Source: Callorhinchus milii (lineage: Eukaryota). From it: a DNA stretch of 64,000 nucleotides. The translations under genes and the position numbers were made by a program. Positions 39,734 through 51,782 of this stretch are shown here, one piece after another. The notes below the pieces were generated by a model. The model worked only from the letters and a program-made list of their open reading frames with translations. It was not told the DNA's origin and made no database searches. Position 1 is the first letter of the stretch; every line of letters starts with the position of its first letter. The stretch spans positions 102,612,001 to 102,676,000 of the forward strand of contig NW_024704742.1 of the NCBI RefSeq assembly GCF_018977255.1. Direction: 5' to 3'.

Positions 39734-40452
39734 AAAAGGTAAAATACTGCACATGCTGAAAATCTACTAAACACATCTTTCCCTCCCCTCCCCGCATTCC
39801 ATAGGGACTGCTCCCTCTGTGGCTCCCTGGTCCACTCCTCCATCATTACTATTACCTGCTCTGCCTCTCCCAGAACCTTCCCATACCAGCACAGGAGACG
39901 CAATACTAGCCCGTTCACCTCCTCCCATACTACTCTCAAGGGCCTCAAAAACTGCTTCCGGGTGAGATAGCGATTTACATGTACTTCCACCAGCCTAGTA
40001 TACTGTATTCGCTGCTCAAACACAGACTGGATAATCGCTTTGCTGAACACTCCTTTCCATCCGCAAGTGCAACCCTGAGCTTCCAGTCAGTTGCCATTTA
40101 ATTATCCTCTCCACTCCCACTCTGACCTCTCTGTCCATGGCCTCCTGCTCTGTTCCAACGAAGCACAACACAAGCTTGAGGAACGGCACTTCATCTCCTT
40201 CCTTGGCAGCTTACAGCTCACTGGCCTCAACATTGATTTTAACCACTTCAAACCTTAACCACAGCTCCAATCTTCTCTCAGCCTTGTCTCCCCACTATTT
40301 TTTTTCCCTTGTTTTTCTTTCCCCTTCCCCTTCTCTGTTTCCTTGTAAACTATTCCCCTCCAACATCCCCCAGTTCTGACAAAGTGTCATCGACCTGAAA
40401 CATTAAACCACTTTCCTCTCTCCATAGATGCTGCCTCACACTGAGTGTTCCC
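39734..40452 (+). mobile_element. Penelope-like retroelement 3' fragment (decayed GIY-YIG endonuclease plus pseudo-LTR) with 12-bp TSD
   Basis: Degenerate plus-strand translation ...RFTCTSTSLVYCIRCS...RLDNRFAEH...CHFN...SHSHSDLSV...NEAQHKLEERH..., typical of the PLE GIY-YIG domain. Followed by ctgacaaagtgtcatcgacctgaaac...agatgctgcct. Flanked by AAGAATACAAAT at 39722-39733 and 40453-40464. Confidence 0.88.
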
Positions 40453-41699
40453 AAGAATACAAATGAATCAGCGCTGAGCGTTTTGTCCAATTTGTCTGAG
40501 ATTAACTGGCGTCTGGTTAATGTCCATTATAGTGCCATGGGATCTTTAACTTCTACCTGAACATGTAAGAGGTTTAACGTCTCATCTGAAGAATGGCACA
40601 ACAAACAATGTACTGCCCAAACTGCATTGGAGTGTCAGGCTAGACGGTGACCAAAAAAATCCCAACATGTGCTTGACTCCACAACTGCGCTAACCAGCTG
40701 ACTGCGTTATAGGCTTCCATGTACCTCAGTCTGATAGTATTCCGGAAACTTTTGTAAACCTGACCATCCAATATATATTCTAACAAAATGTACAGCACAA
40801 CACTTATATCTAAAGGAAATGTTGGCAATATTGTGAGCCTCCAGGGTACAAAAATATGGAGAATTGACCATTAAACCTTAATTTCATTATAAAAATAATT
40901 TGAGTTTTTTTCCAGAAATGCAAATGTAACCTTTAAAAAATAGAATTTTAGTTTTTCCAGTTATGTATCAATTTTAATTTTGTATGCTTTTTGGTATGGT
41001 TCACGAGTCCAGATTGCCACAACAACTAATTTTAGCTCATTATGCAGTGAGGAGCCTGGAAGGTTAGCATATTCAGTATATGTTTTTCACTGATGGTATT
41101 ATAATATGGAAGAAAATCTGATTCAGTCTGCAAATACATTTTCAAATTAAATAATGTTAACCTTCTAATAAGTGACTTGGCAGGGATATTTCATTGAACG
41201 ACAGCTCAATGGCATTTCCATAATTGTATAAATCAGGTGTCCGTGTTATAAACTCTACTTTTGTTTAACACTGAGCTGGCAGTGTACACAAAGGGAAGAA
41301 AAAGACACTGTACTGAATAAGCTTTTGTGTATACAACCTCTAAAAAGGGAATCATCAACACTTGCAGTTTATGCTTTAATTCTGGCATTCATAGGTTTTA
41401 AAAACATCTGCTGGATGTCACCTTATCACCGGAGTTGTATTTTCTACGGTGTGTAAAAAAAACCTGTACTCATTAATTCAACATGGAATTGCATGACTGA
41501 AAAAAAATGTTCCCTATCTTTCTGAAGGATCTAAAAATATCTCGTGAGCCGATGGTTTGCCTCTATCACTTGTGAATTTTCTCTCTTGTGAAGAAATGCA
41601 ACTGATTTTTCATTACACTGGACACAATTCTACCTCAATTCTTCACGTATAAGCAATTAATTCTTCACATCTAGGCAGCAAGGGACAGCAACATAATAA

Positions 41700-42070
41700 T
41701 ATTCTGAATCCTTATGTTTGGTATAGCGTCTTTTATGTCGGGAGGAAGTTTCAAAGCGCTTCAAAGGATTTTACCGTGAAGTGGAGTGACTGTATTTCGT
41801 AGGTACCAATGTCTATCTGGTGGACTGGTGACCAGGAAACTCCCTTCTCTTTTCAAATAGGTCCATAGTATCTTTGATGTCCACCTGAACAGGCAGAGTG
41901 GGGCCTCGGTTTAACGTCTCACCAAAGCACAGCATCTCCGGCAACGCAGATGTCCCCCAGGACTGCATTGGAGTTTCAGTCTAGTCTGTGCAAATTCAAT
42001 GTCCTGATACGGATTTGACCCAACAATGGCCCAGAAGGGATGTACTATAAACTGAGCCAGGCAGACCTGG
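41700..42070 (-). mobile_element. Deu-domain SINE, internally deleted
   Basis: Tail near 41710-41770 and Deu core gtccacctgaacaggcagagtggggcctcggtttaacgtctca. Confidence 0.8.
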
Positions 42071-42929
42071 GGGAAGAATGATTGCAGAAGAAGTTGTTCA
42101 TGTCCTCAGCTGACATCCATACACATGTGCATCTCCAGCTACTCGCAGAAGTAGGTGAATTGACATGAGGAAGAAGTCATAGGATGATTTTCTCCTTCCT
42201 AATGATAGCTACTGTAGCTAATTGTGTTACTGTCAAGATTTCACCCTGGCTGAAACAGCTAGCTCGGTACAGGTGAGAGACTTTCCAAGTGTAACTAGTT
42301 GAGCTTCTCATTGGAGAGACTGCATGAGCAATCATTTATTTTGCTGTAAGTTATATCTATAAACAAATACAGCCCTCCACGCCCCAAGAATTCCACCATC
42401 TCCATCCTGAGGACCTCCTCCACATACACTCCCCTCCCCCGAGAATATCAAACTTCAAACTGCTTATTTCCTCCTCCTTGCCGCCCCCATCTATAAAATC
42501 ATTTGCAACACTTGGTGAAACATTTTGTTTATGAACAGGAGGACTGAAATTTCATTTATATTGAGATAACAATTTCACAATGAACGTATGAACGCTAAGC
42601 ACTGAATGAATTAATGAGGATGCCGATAATTATCAGCTTTTTTTCCAAGCTACATATTCAATTAGAAATGCTTAACCAGCGTTAAGAACGAATGTATTGA
42701 AGCCACCAAAATTATCAAATAAACCAAAATGCTGAATCCTTTTTTCTTTTGTGCTGTAAAGCTCAAGAGGATTTTTTTTGAAAAAAGGTGTCATTATTTA
42801 AGGTGAATGTTACATTTTAAAACATTTTATTTGTCCGAGATCAAACCTACTACTAGCAGTACAGGCAAGGAAAGTTGCAAAAGATTAGAGCATGCTTCAA
42901 GAAGCTACCCTGCGTGAAGGGCACTATAT

Positions 42930-43100
42930 AACAAGAACAACAAATTACATTTGTAAAGCACCTATTACGTTAGGAGGATGTCCCAAGGCGCAGGACAGTC
43001 AAGGATTTGGAACCGAGTTGGGGGTAAGGATCAGGAGGGGTGGAGGGCAGGAGGGAAGGGTAGGAGGGTGACTGAAGGTGCGGTCAAAGAGAAGGGTTTG
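42930..43100 (-). mobile_element. L2 type-A tail fragment inserted into a plus-strand L2 type-B tail
   Basis: ctaccctgcgtgaagggcactatataa|caagaacaacaaattacatttg...gaagggtttgagc|atataaattcaagttgttg. Confidence 0.78.
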
Positions 43101-45282
43101 AGCATATAAATTCAAGTTGTTGCTCGTGTTGACCGCAGATATTTGTAAGCAAGCAGACAACATGATACTACTGATTAGCACACAGCCTTTCAACTCTGGG
43201 TGCTGATTCTGCTCCACTTCAGACTGAAGAGATTAAAGGTGTCTCTTTCTGACAAGTATATGCATCCTAAGTGACAAGTTTGAATAATATCAGCTCTCAG
43301 AACAAATTGTCCATCTCAATCGGATGCTATCAGAGTAGGGGGTGTGAAAAACATTCATTGGTCTATTCGGGGCAAAAATCTGAACACCCCTGGTGTGTAC
43401 TAGAAATGATCTGGTTAATGTTTATTGTTGGGTTGAGGTCAAGGAAGAATAAAAGGAGCATTAATCCACATCCCTCTATGTGCTGCATACTCTAATAGTA
43501 CTCAGTGCTGTTCTTGTTCTATAAATAAGCACTCAGTTCCATGCCTAAAACCAAATAGGTCTTTCTTCTGTTCTCCTAAGTTCTATGATTTTGATGCTTT
43601 ACATTCCCTGGATGTTGTGCCTGATCTAGACTCCCTGGATTATGTGTGTCTGATCTAGACGCTCATGATCGAAGCTGCTATTCTTTGTGAAGGGCGCTAT
43701 ATAACTGCAAGTTGACGCCTTGATGCTGTACTTTATTTAGAAGTCTTTGGTACTGTGCTGTGCATTTCTACCTGATGAGCCCATACATAAAAATGGTTAA
43801 CAAGAACTTACATTTTTGTGCCTTATAACAATTAAACATCTCAAAGCATTTTACAGTAATCATTGTTAAGCGTAGTTACTATTTTAAGACAAACAAGTCA
43901 ACGAGTTAACAACTACGATCTACATACAAACTAAATCAAGAATGTATTTTACTGAGAAGCTGAGGTAATCAAAGTGTGATAAGACTGGAAAGCAGAGCTG
44001 CAGTTTTATACTCTGTTGGAAATCTATCTTACTGACAGGGAATATTCTTACAGACGCCTGGGCTGTTACTACAGTTTGTAACAGTACAAATAGGTTAGAG
44101 TTTCTCCCTAAATGAATTGCTGAATCAGCATCTTAAAAAGCTTGCTTTGACAAAACATTTCCAAAAATAATTGCTACAGAAAATAAAACAAAGGTCATTA
44201 GAGCCTCCTTAATTGCATACTAACCATTGATTTCCGAATATTGCCTTCTCTCCTGGCAGATACTACAATTTTTATGAAGCTCTTCAATTTGTATTACACA
44301 AGAGATGCTAGTGAGACAGGTATTGCAGACGTAGGCAAATTAAGCGCCCTGATGTGCTCAGTTGTTAGCCTCATGAGTAAATTTGTTCCAGTGAAGTAAC
44401 ATAAAGACATGTTATGTCTTATTGGGATTGAGTGAAAAGGATCCATTTAGATGTCCACCAGTTTATTAGATTATGGCAGACCTTTCAATTCCATTTCTCT
44501 CTCTTTTCTCCATACAACTAAATACCATTACTTTCCAAATAGCTATAACACCCTTTAAAACACTGCAATGGATTGCTTCCAGTGCAGTGTATTTTACATA
44601 TTCATTGCCTTCTCTGTGAAGAATTAGACTTATTAGGTCTGCCGACATTCTGCGTTCTTAGTCACTCACACCAAGATATTGCAAGGCCTATTAAGAGCTT
44701 ACATTCACACTGTACTACACGTTATCATATTGCTTCTTGCTTCCTTATACTGCAGTGCCAAACTTTTCACCACGGCATGAGGATAGATAGCAAGATAAAC
44801 AAATTAGTTATAAAAATAAGTATACGCATTACACCTGCAGGATGTGACCGTGCACCATCCTTCAACTTCCTCCACCATAAATTTGCAGATGGAAACATCT
44901 GGTGACAATCCAGCAGCCTTTTTAAAGGTACACCTGTTTCCTTGTAACCTCACTGAGTGATGATATAGTAAGTCTCTTCAAAATACAATAGAAAAAGATA
45001 AAAATATTTCCTATGGTAAATTTCCTTCACCTCTCTACAAGGGCATTCTGGCATCAACATTCCAGGTTTTTGGAACTCACTTCCCAGAACACATTGGCAA
45101 CATAGAGAGGAAGATGATTTATGAGGAGTAAACGCTGCACTAAGTTTCTACTATCGTACACAGATTAAAAAGGCCATTCTTCAAATATATTCCATTACTT
45201 TCAACCTCAGTTAACTTAATAACATTTGTTTTTGCTCTTTTACAGTCCTCAAGAAGTACATCAATATTAAATATTTTTACTT

Positions 45283-45520
45283 AACCTTGGGCAAGTTTCC
45301 TTACTCCACATGCCTAATAATAATCCTTCCAAAACAAACACAATAATAAATTGGTCATTTTCAATCCATGACTGTTTGTGGGACATTGCTGTGCGCAATT
45401 GGCTGCTGCGTTTCGCCCACAAATATACAGTCAATTCACTTTACAGCACATTCTGTGAAGCGATTTGAGACGTCTAGAAGACGTGAAAAGCGCTATATCA
45501 AATGTAAGTATTATTATTAT
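45283..45520 (+). mobile_element. Young SINE lacking tRNA head
   Basis: aaccttgggcaagtttccttactccac...gagacgtctagaagacgtgaaaagcgctatatcaaatg...attattattat. Confidence 0.92.
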
Positions 45521-46319
45521 AATATTATTATTATCAATATATTACCTCTAGATTCCTAAAAAAATATGAATTCAAGCTGTTTCAAGCCGATCATAGCAAA
45601 TATTTAATATAATAATCTTGGTATTTGATAAAGGTTCTTATTATGTCATCAAAGCATTTCACAGAATTTACCGTAAAGTGTAATGACCATGTACTTGTTT
45701 GTTAATCAGCAAGATCCCCCAAACTTCTAAATATGTTGTCCAAAGAAGGTACATATTGTAAAGGATGATGGCAACCAAAATGTAAATGTTAGGGAGCATG
45801 ATTGCATGTTGTAGCAGAAATTCCCAAGTGAAAATATGCTCTCCTAACCAAGATTTTGGTAAGAAATTTGTAAGTATTTCAAAACACCACTTATAGCTTT
45901 CAGACATTCGCTTACGAAATTACACTTCAGTGAATCCTATAAAGTGCTTTGAGATTATCAGATGGGCCGAAGGGCCTTCTTCATCCATACCAATCATGTG
46001 ATTTTGTGAAATCTCCTCCTAGCATGAACAGATTATTTATTATTATGTACTTTGTGATGTATGGTCCTGGAGCACGTTGGCACCAGAAATTCCTCATCAT
46101 TTAAGAATGGAAATGTAGCTGCTGGAAAAGGAAGATCACCAAGTACAAACATAGAGACGTCACATTTAATCTAGGCTAACCACCTAGATTTTGTCTAGGC
46201 AGTTTTCTTAATGAGGCCAAGAAAGATACTGGCATTCTCTGCTCACACACCCGAGATAGTGTTGCAACATTCTCCCAGTTACTGAATGTCAAAAACAAAA
46301 TATGTAACGGAGGAAGTAA

Positions 46320-46399
46320 AAGGTTTTGCCCTGCCAGGAATCGAAACCATGTCTCTCACTTGCCAGGCAAGTGCTCTAACCACTGAGCTACAAGACTCC
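46320..46399 (-). mobile_element. Isolated tRNA-like head of the young SINE family
   Basis: Minus strand GGAGTCTTGTAGCTCAGTGGTTAGAGCACTTGCCTGGCAAGTGAGAGACATGGTTTCGATTCCTGGCAGGGCAAAACC; matches the 5' end of 8717-9053. Confidence 0.8.
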
Positions 46400-46415
46400 T
46401 TAGCTCTGTCCTTAG

Positions 46416-47204
46416 CAATGACTGTCTGTGTGTCAGCCAAGATCTCAATAACCGATTGATGTAGAGACATTATACCTCATCAGAAAGGCCTTGCATTTGG
46501 GAGTGGGATGGGCATTATTTGTTTTGGGGGATCTCCTATGGTTGATGAGTTATGACCTAAACAAGCTCATCACACATGTATGGCAGATTTGAATTTTGCG
46601 CTGCAGTTAAACTTGGTGGCAATGTTGCGGAGGACTCCTCGTGGCACTGTGGCATCATGCGTGACAGAGTACGCATGTACGCATGCAGCACACACTGCAG
46701 TTCTATCTAGTGGCCACGCCGACTCTCAATGTGCTGTGACATCATGCGTCACAGAGCACGTATGTATGCAGGCATGCAGCACGTACGCAGATGAAGCCAA
46801 GCGGCGGGAACAAGATAAAGATGCCTGAGCGAACATCAAGCCTGTCAAGTACAAATAAGAATGCCAGACAAAAGAAAGGCAAGTTAAGTTAAACTGAAGA
46901 ACAAAGAACACCATGGCTGCATTGCAATAACTCGAGGACCTGCCGGATCACACAGTAAACCCCTTCGGTTAGCGTAGCTTTGATAAGATCTTCTATCGTT
47001 CATGAGCTATGAACCTTTGATAGGATCTTCTATCTTTCATGAGTTATGACCCAAACAAGCTCATCGCACATGTATGGCAGTTTTGCCTTAAAGTGTACAC
47101 ACAGTTTTTATGGCATGCTAAATGGTTTGTGAGTGGTATCACTGAAATCTACATTCCATATTGGATCCTTTGGTTGCAAGCGTAACTACAACAGGTACAG
47201 CTAG
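46416..47204 (+). mobile_element. Non-autonomous Helitron, copy 1 (5' terminus not recognisable)
   Basis: Shares gatctcaataaccgattga(t/c)gtagagacat...atacctcatc(a/t)gaaagg and the 3' end tctacattccatattg...ttggttgcaagcgta...caacaggtacagCTAG|T with 62278-62881. Confidence 0.82.
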
Positions 47205-47259
47205 TTAATCATAACTTAATCTTAAATCATCTGTGGTATAGACAGATGTGAGTTGGAGC

Positions 47260-47600
47260 TCACACTGAGTAATTGAGCTCACAGTCCAGGCTGACACTCC
47301 TGTGCAGTGTGAGAGATGATGTCCTTCGGATGCGATGTTAAGCTGATTTTCCATCTGTCTATCAGATTGCCACTAAAGATCCAATGACAGTATTCAAAGA
47401 GAGAAGGAAATTTCTCTCAGTGACCTAGTCAACAATCCTCCTGATAAATTGGTCATTCATCATTGGTTGGAGCACATTGCTATGCCCAAATTGACATTTG
47501 CCTACAAATATACAGTCACTATCTTAAAAGTAATTAGCTTAAAGCGCTTGAGTTGTTTTAACGTAATAGGTGCTATAGGAAATGCACAAATTATTATAAT
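47260..47600 (+). mobile_element. Degraded Deu-domain SINE
   Basis: gtccaggctgacactcc...gtccttcggatgcgatgttaa...aaagatccaatgacagtattcaaaga...aaagcgcttgag. Confidence 0.72.
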
Positions 47601-50066
47601 AAATGCTTCATGAAGCAAAGCTTTGCTTCTATTTAGAAATTGCATTGGCTAAATTTGAAGAGAGTAAATTGCACTCCTTGGAAAAGTATCCATTTCTGAG
47701 TTGTCTGGAGCGGTTTTCTTAAAAAAAACATTTATTTTGCCCATTGAAAGGAGCCAACCTTTGCTCCAATATGGTTTTAGGTTAGCGTTAAAGATCCCCT
47801 AGCAAACAAACCTCTGGATAAGATTGCTCAGTCACTTCATGGCTTATTTGCTGTGTGCAAATTGGCTGCCACATTTGCTCCAAATGCACAGTCACTATAC
47901 TTTACACCAAATCTTGTCACGCTCTCTGAGATGTCTCGACGATGTTATAAAGGCACTATATCAACTGCAAGGATGATATTATAAACACCACAGTCCTTCA
48001 CTACCTTCTTCAGTGGCCACTAGCTACAAGTGATCTTAGACAGTAAATGCCAGGAGACTATGCATGCGGAAGCAGGAGGGAGGAAAACTTGACCTCACCC
48101 TCTGTACACATGCATTTAATTTCCATCAGGGATTATGGGATTTGATCAGGACTCGACAGCTAAACTGTGATTTTCCTTTCCCTATACCAAGACATTAAGG
48201 TCATTTGTAGCATCACAACTACTGTACCAGATGAGATGAGCTTACATCACAGTTCAGTAATCTAACCTGCTTGAATGATTTGAATGAATTACAATACAAA
48301 TTTACATTTATGTACCGCCTTTCACGTCGGAAGGATGTCTCAAGGCGCTAAACAGTCCAGGGTTTGCATCTTTATCTTTACTCAGTGGGCTACAAGGAAG
48401 CCCTATCTGAAGAGGATTTACATAGCTATGTATACGGAGAAGGAAAAATTCATACAGGTCAAAGGAGCCATGATATGTTTTCTCACATGTGAAAAGTCGG
48501 TAAGAAATTACTGAAGCAGATACATCAAATTGATGCTCACTTGTGTTGACTGAAATCTTTGGAAGATTAAACGCTCCGTTCAAACAATTGCTGTGGAATA
48601 AAGGTAGCACAGAGTGAAACAAAGAGTAAATTAAACTGCTCAGCTCTTACTAATGCCACTATCGTACGCCATTCCGCTTTAGTCATATTACTGAATCCCA
48701 TAACACTCATTTGCATATGGGGAGGATCGAGTGCACTCTCCAGCTATAAATCATTGGCAGTTGTACTTCAACTGGTTTAGTTCTACTTAATTTACATTTT
48801 TTAAAAATAAAATGTAGCTGTAATGTAATGGGTCTTATTATTGCCTGGACACCACAGCTGGCCTTTCTGGTATGCAGGCTTCGCTGTCAAAGAACGCAAT
48901 CGACTTCATAGTATTACTGTGGGAACAGGCGTCCAACAGAACAAACATTCACAGAACAGTTTCTTTAACACTGAACACAAAACAGGCAGGAATTCACTTT
49001 CGCCAACGTCACCAATAGGCCAAAGGCTGGCCGATAAATACTGAAATACGTTCTTTGTGTATTCATATTTGACCTCATACTGGGAGCTGGAAATACTGGA
49101 TAGGGCTGGTTTCACTGACTAATTCAATAAACATTTCAGTTCTAAAAAGAAGCAAAGTAAAGCTAGAATTAAAGGACTACACCAAGAAGGTATTTTAATG
49201 GCCTTAACCTGCATTTTAATGGCCTTAACCTAGAGTACAGTCTGAAAACGATCCTGTGTGCGATAAAAAAATTTAACACCACAATCACAAAGGCACAATT
49301 TAACTACAAGCTCAAGTGTTCTGGCAACCTTTTGGAAAGTAACCAGTCATGAGGCTTGAACCCTTAACTTTCAGTGGCAAGTGCACAACCTACCAACTGA
49401 GCCAGACTGACAACATTGAGTAACATCCATGATTGCCATGCGGCAGCAGTGATGGATAGCCAATGGGCTTGATCGATTTGTTTACCTTGAATTAAAAATT
49501 GTGGTGCAATTAATTCAACTTAAATGGGAATAATTCTGCTGGGACTGATGAATACTCTTAACCTAAAGTAGTTGAGCTATGCCTGATGGCCCCAATACAT
49601 GTGTGGTATGGGAGAGCTTCCAAACAGCAGGAAAAAAAGCATTCAAATTATTCAGGTGGTTGAAGTGCAGCATATTGATGACTTTTATTAGAAGAAAGTA
49701 TTCTGAAGCAGTCATTGCTTAAAAATGTTAGAACAAAATTATATTTCTTCCCATGAGACAGAATGCCAAGTTATAGGACAAACTTCCAGAAGGAAACTCA
49801 ATGAGATTTGTAACCCAGCCAAAAGCCAAATTTATTCTAGCAGACAGAATTGCTCATTCACTTCATCGCTGCTTGTGGAGCACGGCTGTGTGCAAATTGG
49901 CTGCCATGTTCAATTACAAAATACAGTTACTACACTTCATAGTTAATCCTGTGAAGCACTTTGAGACTTCTACCCAACATGAAAAGTAATATATCAAATA
50001 CAAGGATTGGTCAGAATAATTTATTGTCATTAATATTCAGAAGGTCATCTGAGTATGACATGAATC

Positions 50067-50810
50067 AACAACAACAATAAAATTACATTTGTATAGCGCC
50101 TTCTATGTTGGGAGGACGTCCCAAGGCGCTGGACAATCAGTGTTTCGGACCTGAGCTGAGAGCCGGGATCGGCGAGAGTGGAGGGCAAGGGGGGAAGCAG
50201 GGAGATCGAAGGCACTGTTGAAGAGAAGGGTCTTCAGATGGGTCTTGAAGGAGGTAAGGGAGGGGGCGAGGCAGAAGGACTGCGGGATGGAGTTCCGAAG
50301 GGTGGAGGCAGAGTGGCTGAAGGCCCGGCCACCAACGGTGGAGCGGGCGAAGCAGGGGACATGAAGCAGGCCAGAGCCAGCTGAGCGGAGGGAGTGGGCA
50401 GGTTGGTAGGCGGTTAGGAGATAGGACCATGGAGAGCTTTGAAGGTAAGGACCAGGATCTTGAACTGTATCCTCTGTGTGATGGGAAACCAGTGGAGTCG
50501 GGTGAGGATGGGGGTGATAGGGTCACGGTGCCTGGCAAGAGAGGACACAAGCTGCAGAGTTCTGGAAGCTCTGCAGCCTAGGGAGGGAAGAGTTGGGGAG
50601 GCCGACAAGCAAGGAGTTTGCGTAATCGAGCCTGGATGTTATGAATGCGTGTATGAGGGTTTTGGCAGCCTGTAGTGTGAGACAGTGTCGGAGCTGGGCG
50701 ATGTTGCGGAGGTGAGGGAAGACAGAGCGGGTCATGGCGCAGATGTTGGGTAGAAAGGATAGTTGAGGGTCAAACAAGACACCAAGGTTCCAGATTGGCT
50801 TAGCAAGGTT
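50067..50810 (-). mobile_element. L2 LINE 3' fragment (tail type A)
   Basis: NLGVLFDPQLSFLP...AFITSRLDYANSLLVGLPNSS; LHWFPITQRIQFKIL; type-A tail. Confidence 0.94.
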
Positions 50811-51782
50811 TGGAATCAGCACGCTTCCTGTTCCTCAATGCTAATCTCATCACTCCAGTGAAATGAGCAGGTTCAGGCTTCCCAATGGCATTGAGTTCTC
50901 CTGTGTAGCAGAAATTCCATAACAGATATATAAGAGATCCTCCAAAAACCTTCTTGATTCAAAACAGCTAGTTGCTGGACTTGTATCTTAATGCAGCAAT
51001 CTATCAGATTGTAGCTATTTGTTTTCCTGAAACCAATCTGGTAACTTGTCATTACTGAAAACATGGACCCAGTCAACATTGTGATACATAATTAAGGGGA
51101 AATATTTTTTAAAGAATGTTTTTTTTTCAGCAAACATTTGTTCAGATGATGAAGCCACAATGTTTTCCTACAATAAGGGCATTTGTTTTAAGAAATCCAC
51201 TGTTGCAGCTTTAACAAGATCTAGTAGTGCTAAACAATTCTGTTAAAAATGTAGTTTAAAGATGGCGCAAGTTACAGCACCACATTTTTGGGTACAAACC
51301 CTCACAAGAGTGGCTGGTGGAGACACCATTCTCATGTTGACATGTTAATTGATCCAAAAAAACACGCAGATGTTCAATGATTTATATGGAGCACTAATGA
51401 AGGAGTCTCGCACAAACCAATTCATGCACTTAAAGTAATTAACTGCCCATGACGTCAAGGATGAAATTACATCACTGCCGCCTCATCTATTAACTACCTC
51501 CAGCCGTGAAAGCAAATCGGCAGCAAGTCTAATTTTACAAGTAGGATCAGTGAGCAACATTTACCTATTTAATTTGAATAATTTAGGTGTATGTTTGGGC
51601 AGAACTTGATTAACAAATAAAATAAAAGTAGATTATTGACCACGAAAACTGTGGCCAGGATTTGGCTGCGTGTGATTATGTTGCCCAACGCTGGCAAATC
51701 AAGAACTATTAATAGAGGTCTTCACAGAACAGGAGAGCTCACTAACCACAAGAGCCTGTGCTATACCTATCTGTGCTATATA

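Larger units (their letters stand above)
39188..40529. mobile_element. Non-autonomous Tc1/mariner-pogo (Tigger-like) DNA transposon remnant with TA target duplication
   Basis: TA|CAGTGGAAGCCGGTTATG...gtccatta|TA. Repeated subterminal motifs gtccggcttaagcgg, tccggattaaccgg, attaaccggc, attaactggcgtctggttaa. No transposase ORF; right terminus decayed. Confidence 0.7.
38945..40645 (-). mobile_element. Deu-domain SINE split in two (38945-39187 and 40530-40645) by a DNA transposon
   Basis: Left part ends ...ctcttttcaaaTA and right part resumes TAgtgccatgggatctttaac. Intact copies in the window read caaatagtgccatggg (e.g. about 32426). Confidence 0.8.

Noticed and set aside
43605..43660. Small tandem duplications (also 49192-49231 and 3049-3069)
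   Set aside because: Ordinary slippage duplications of 10-30 bp.
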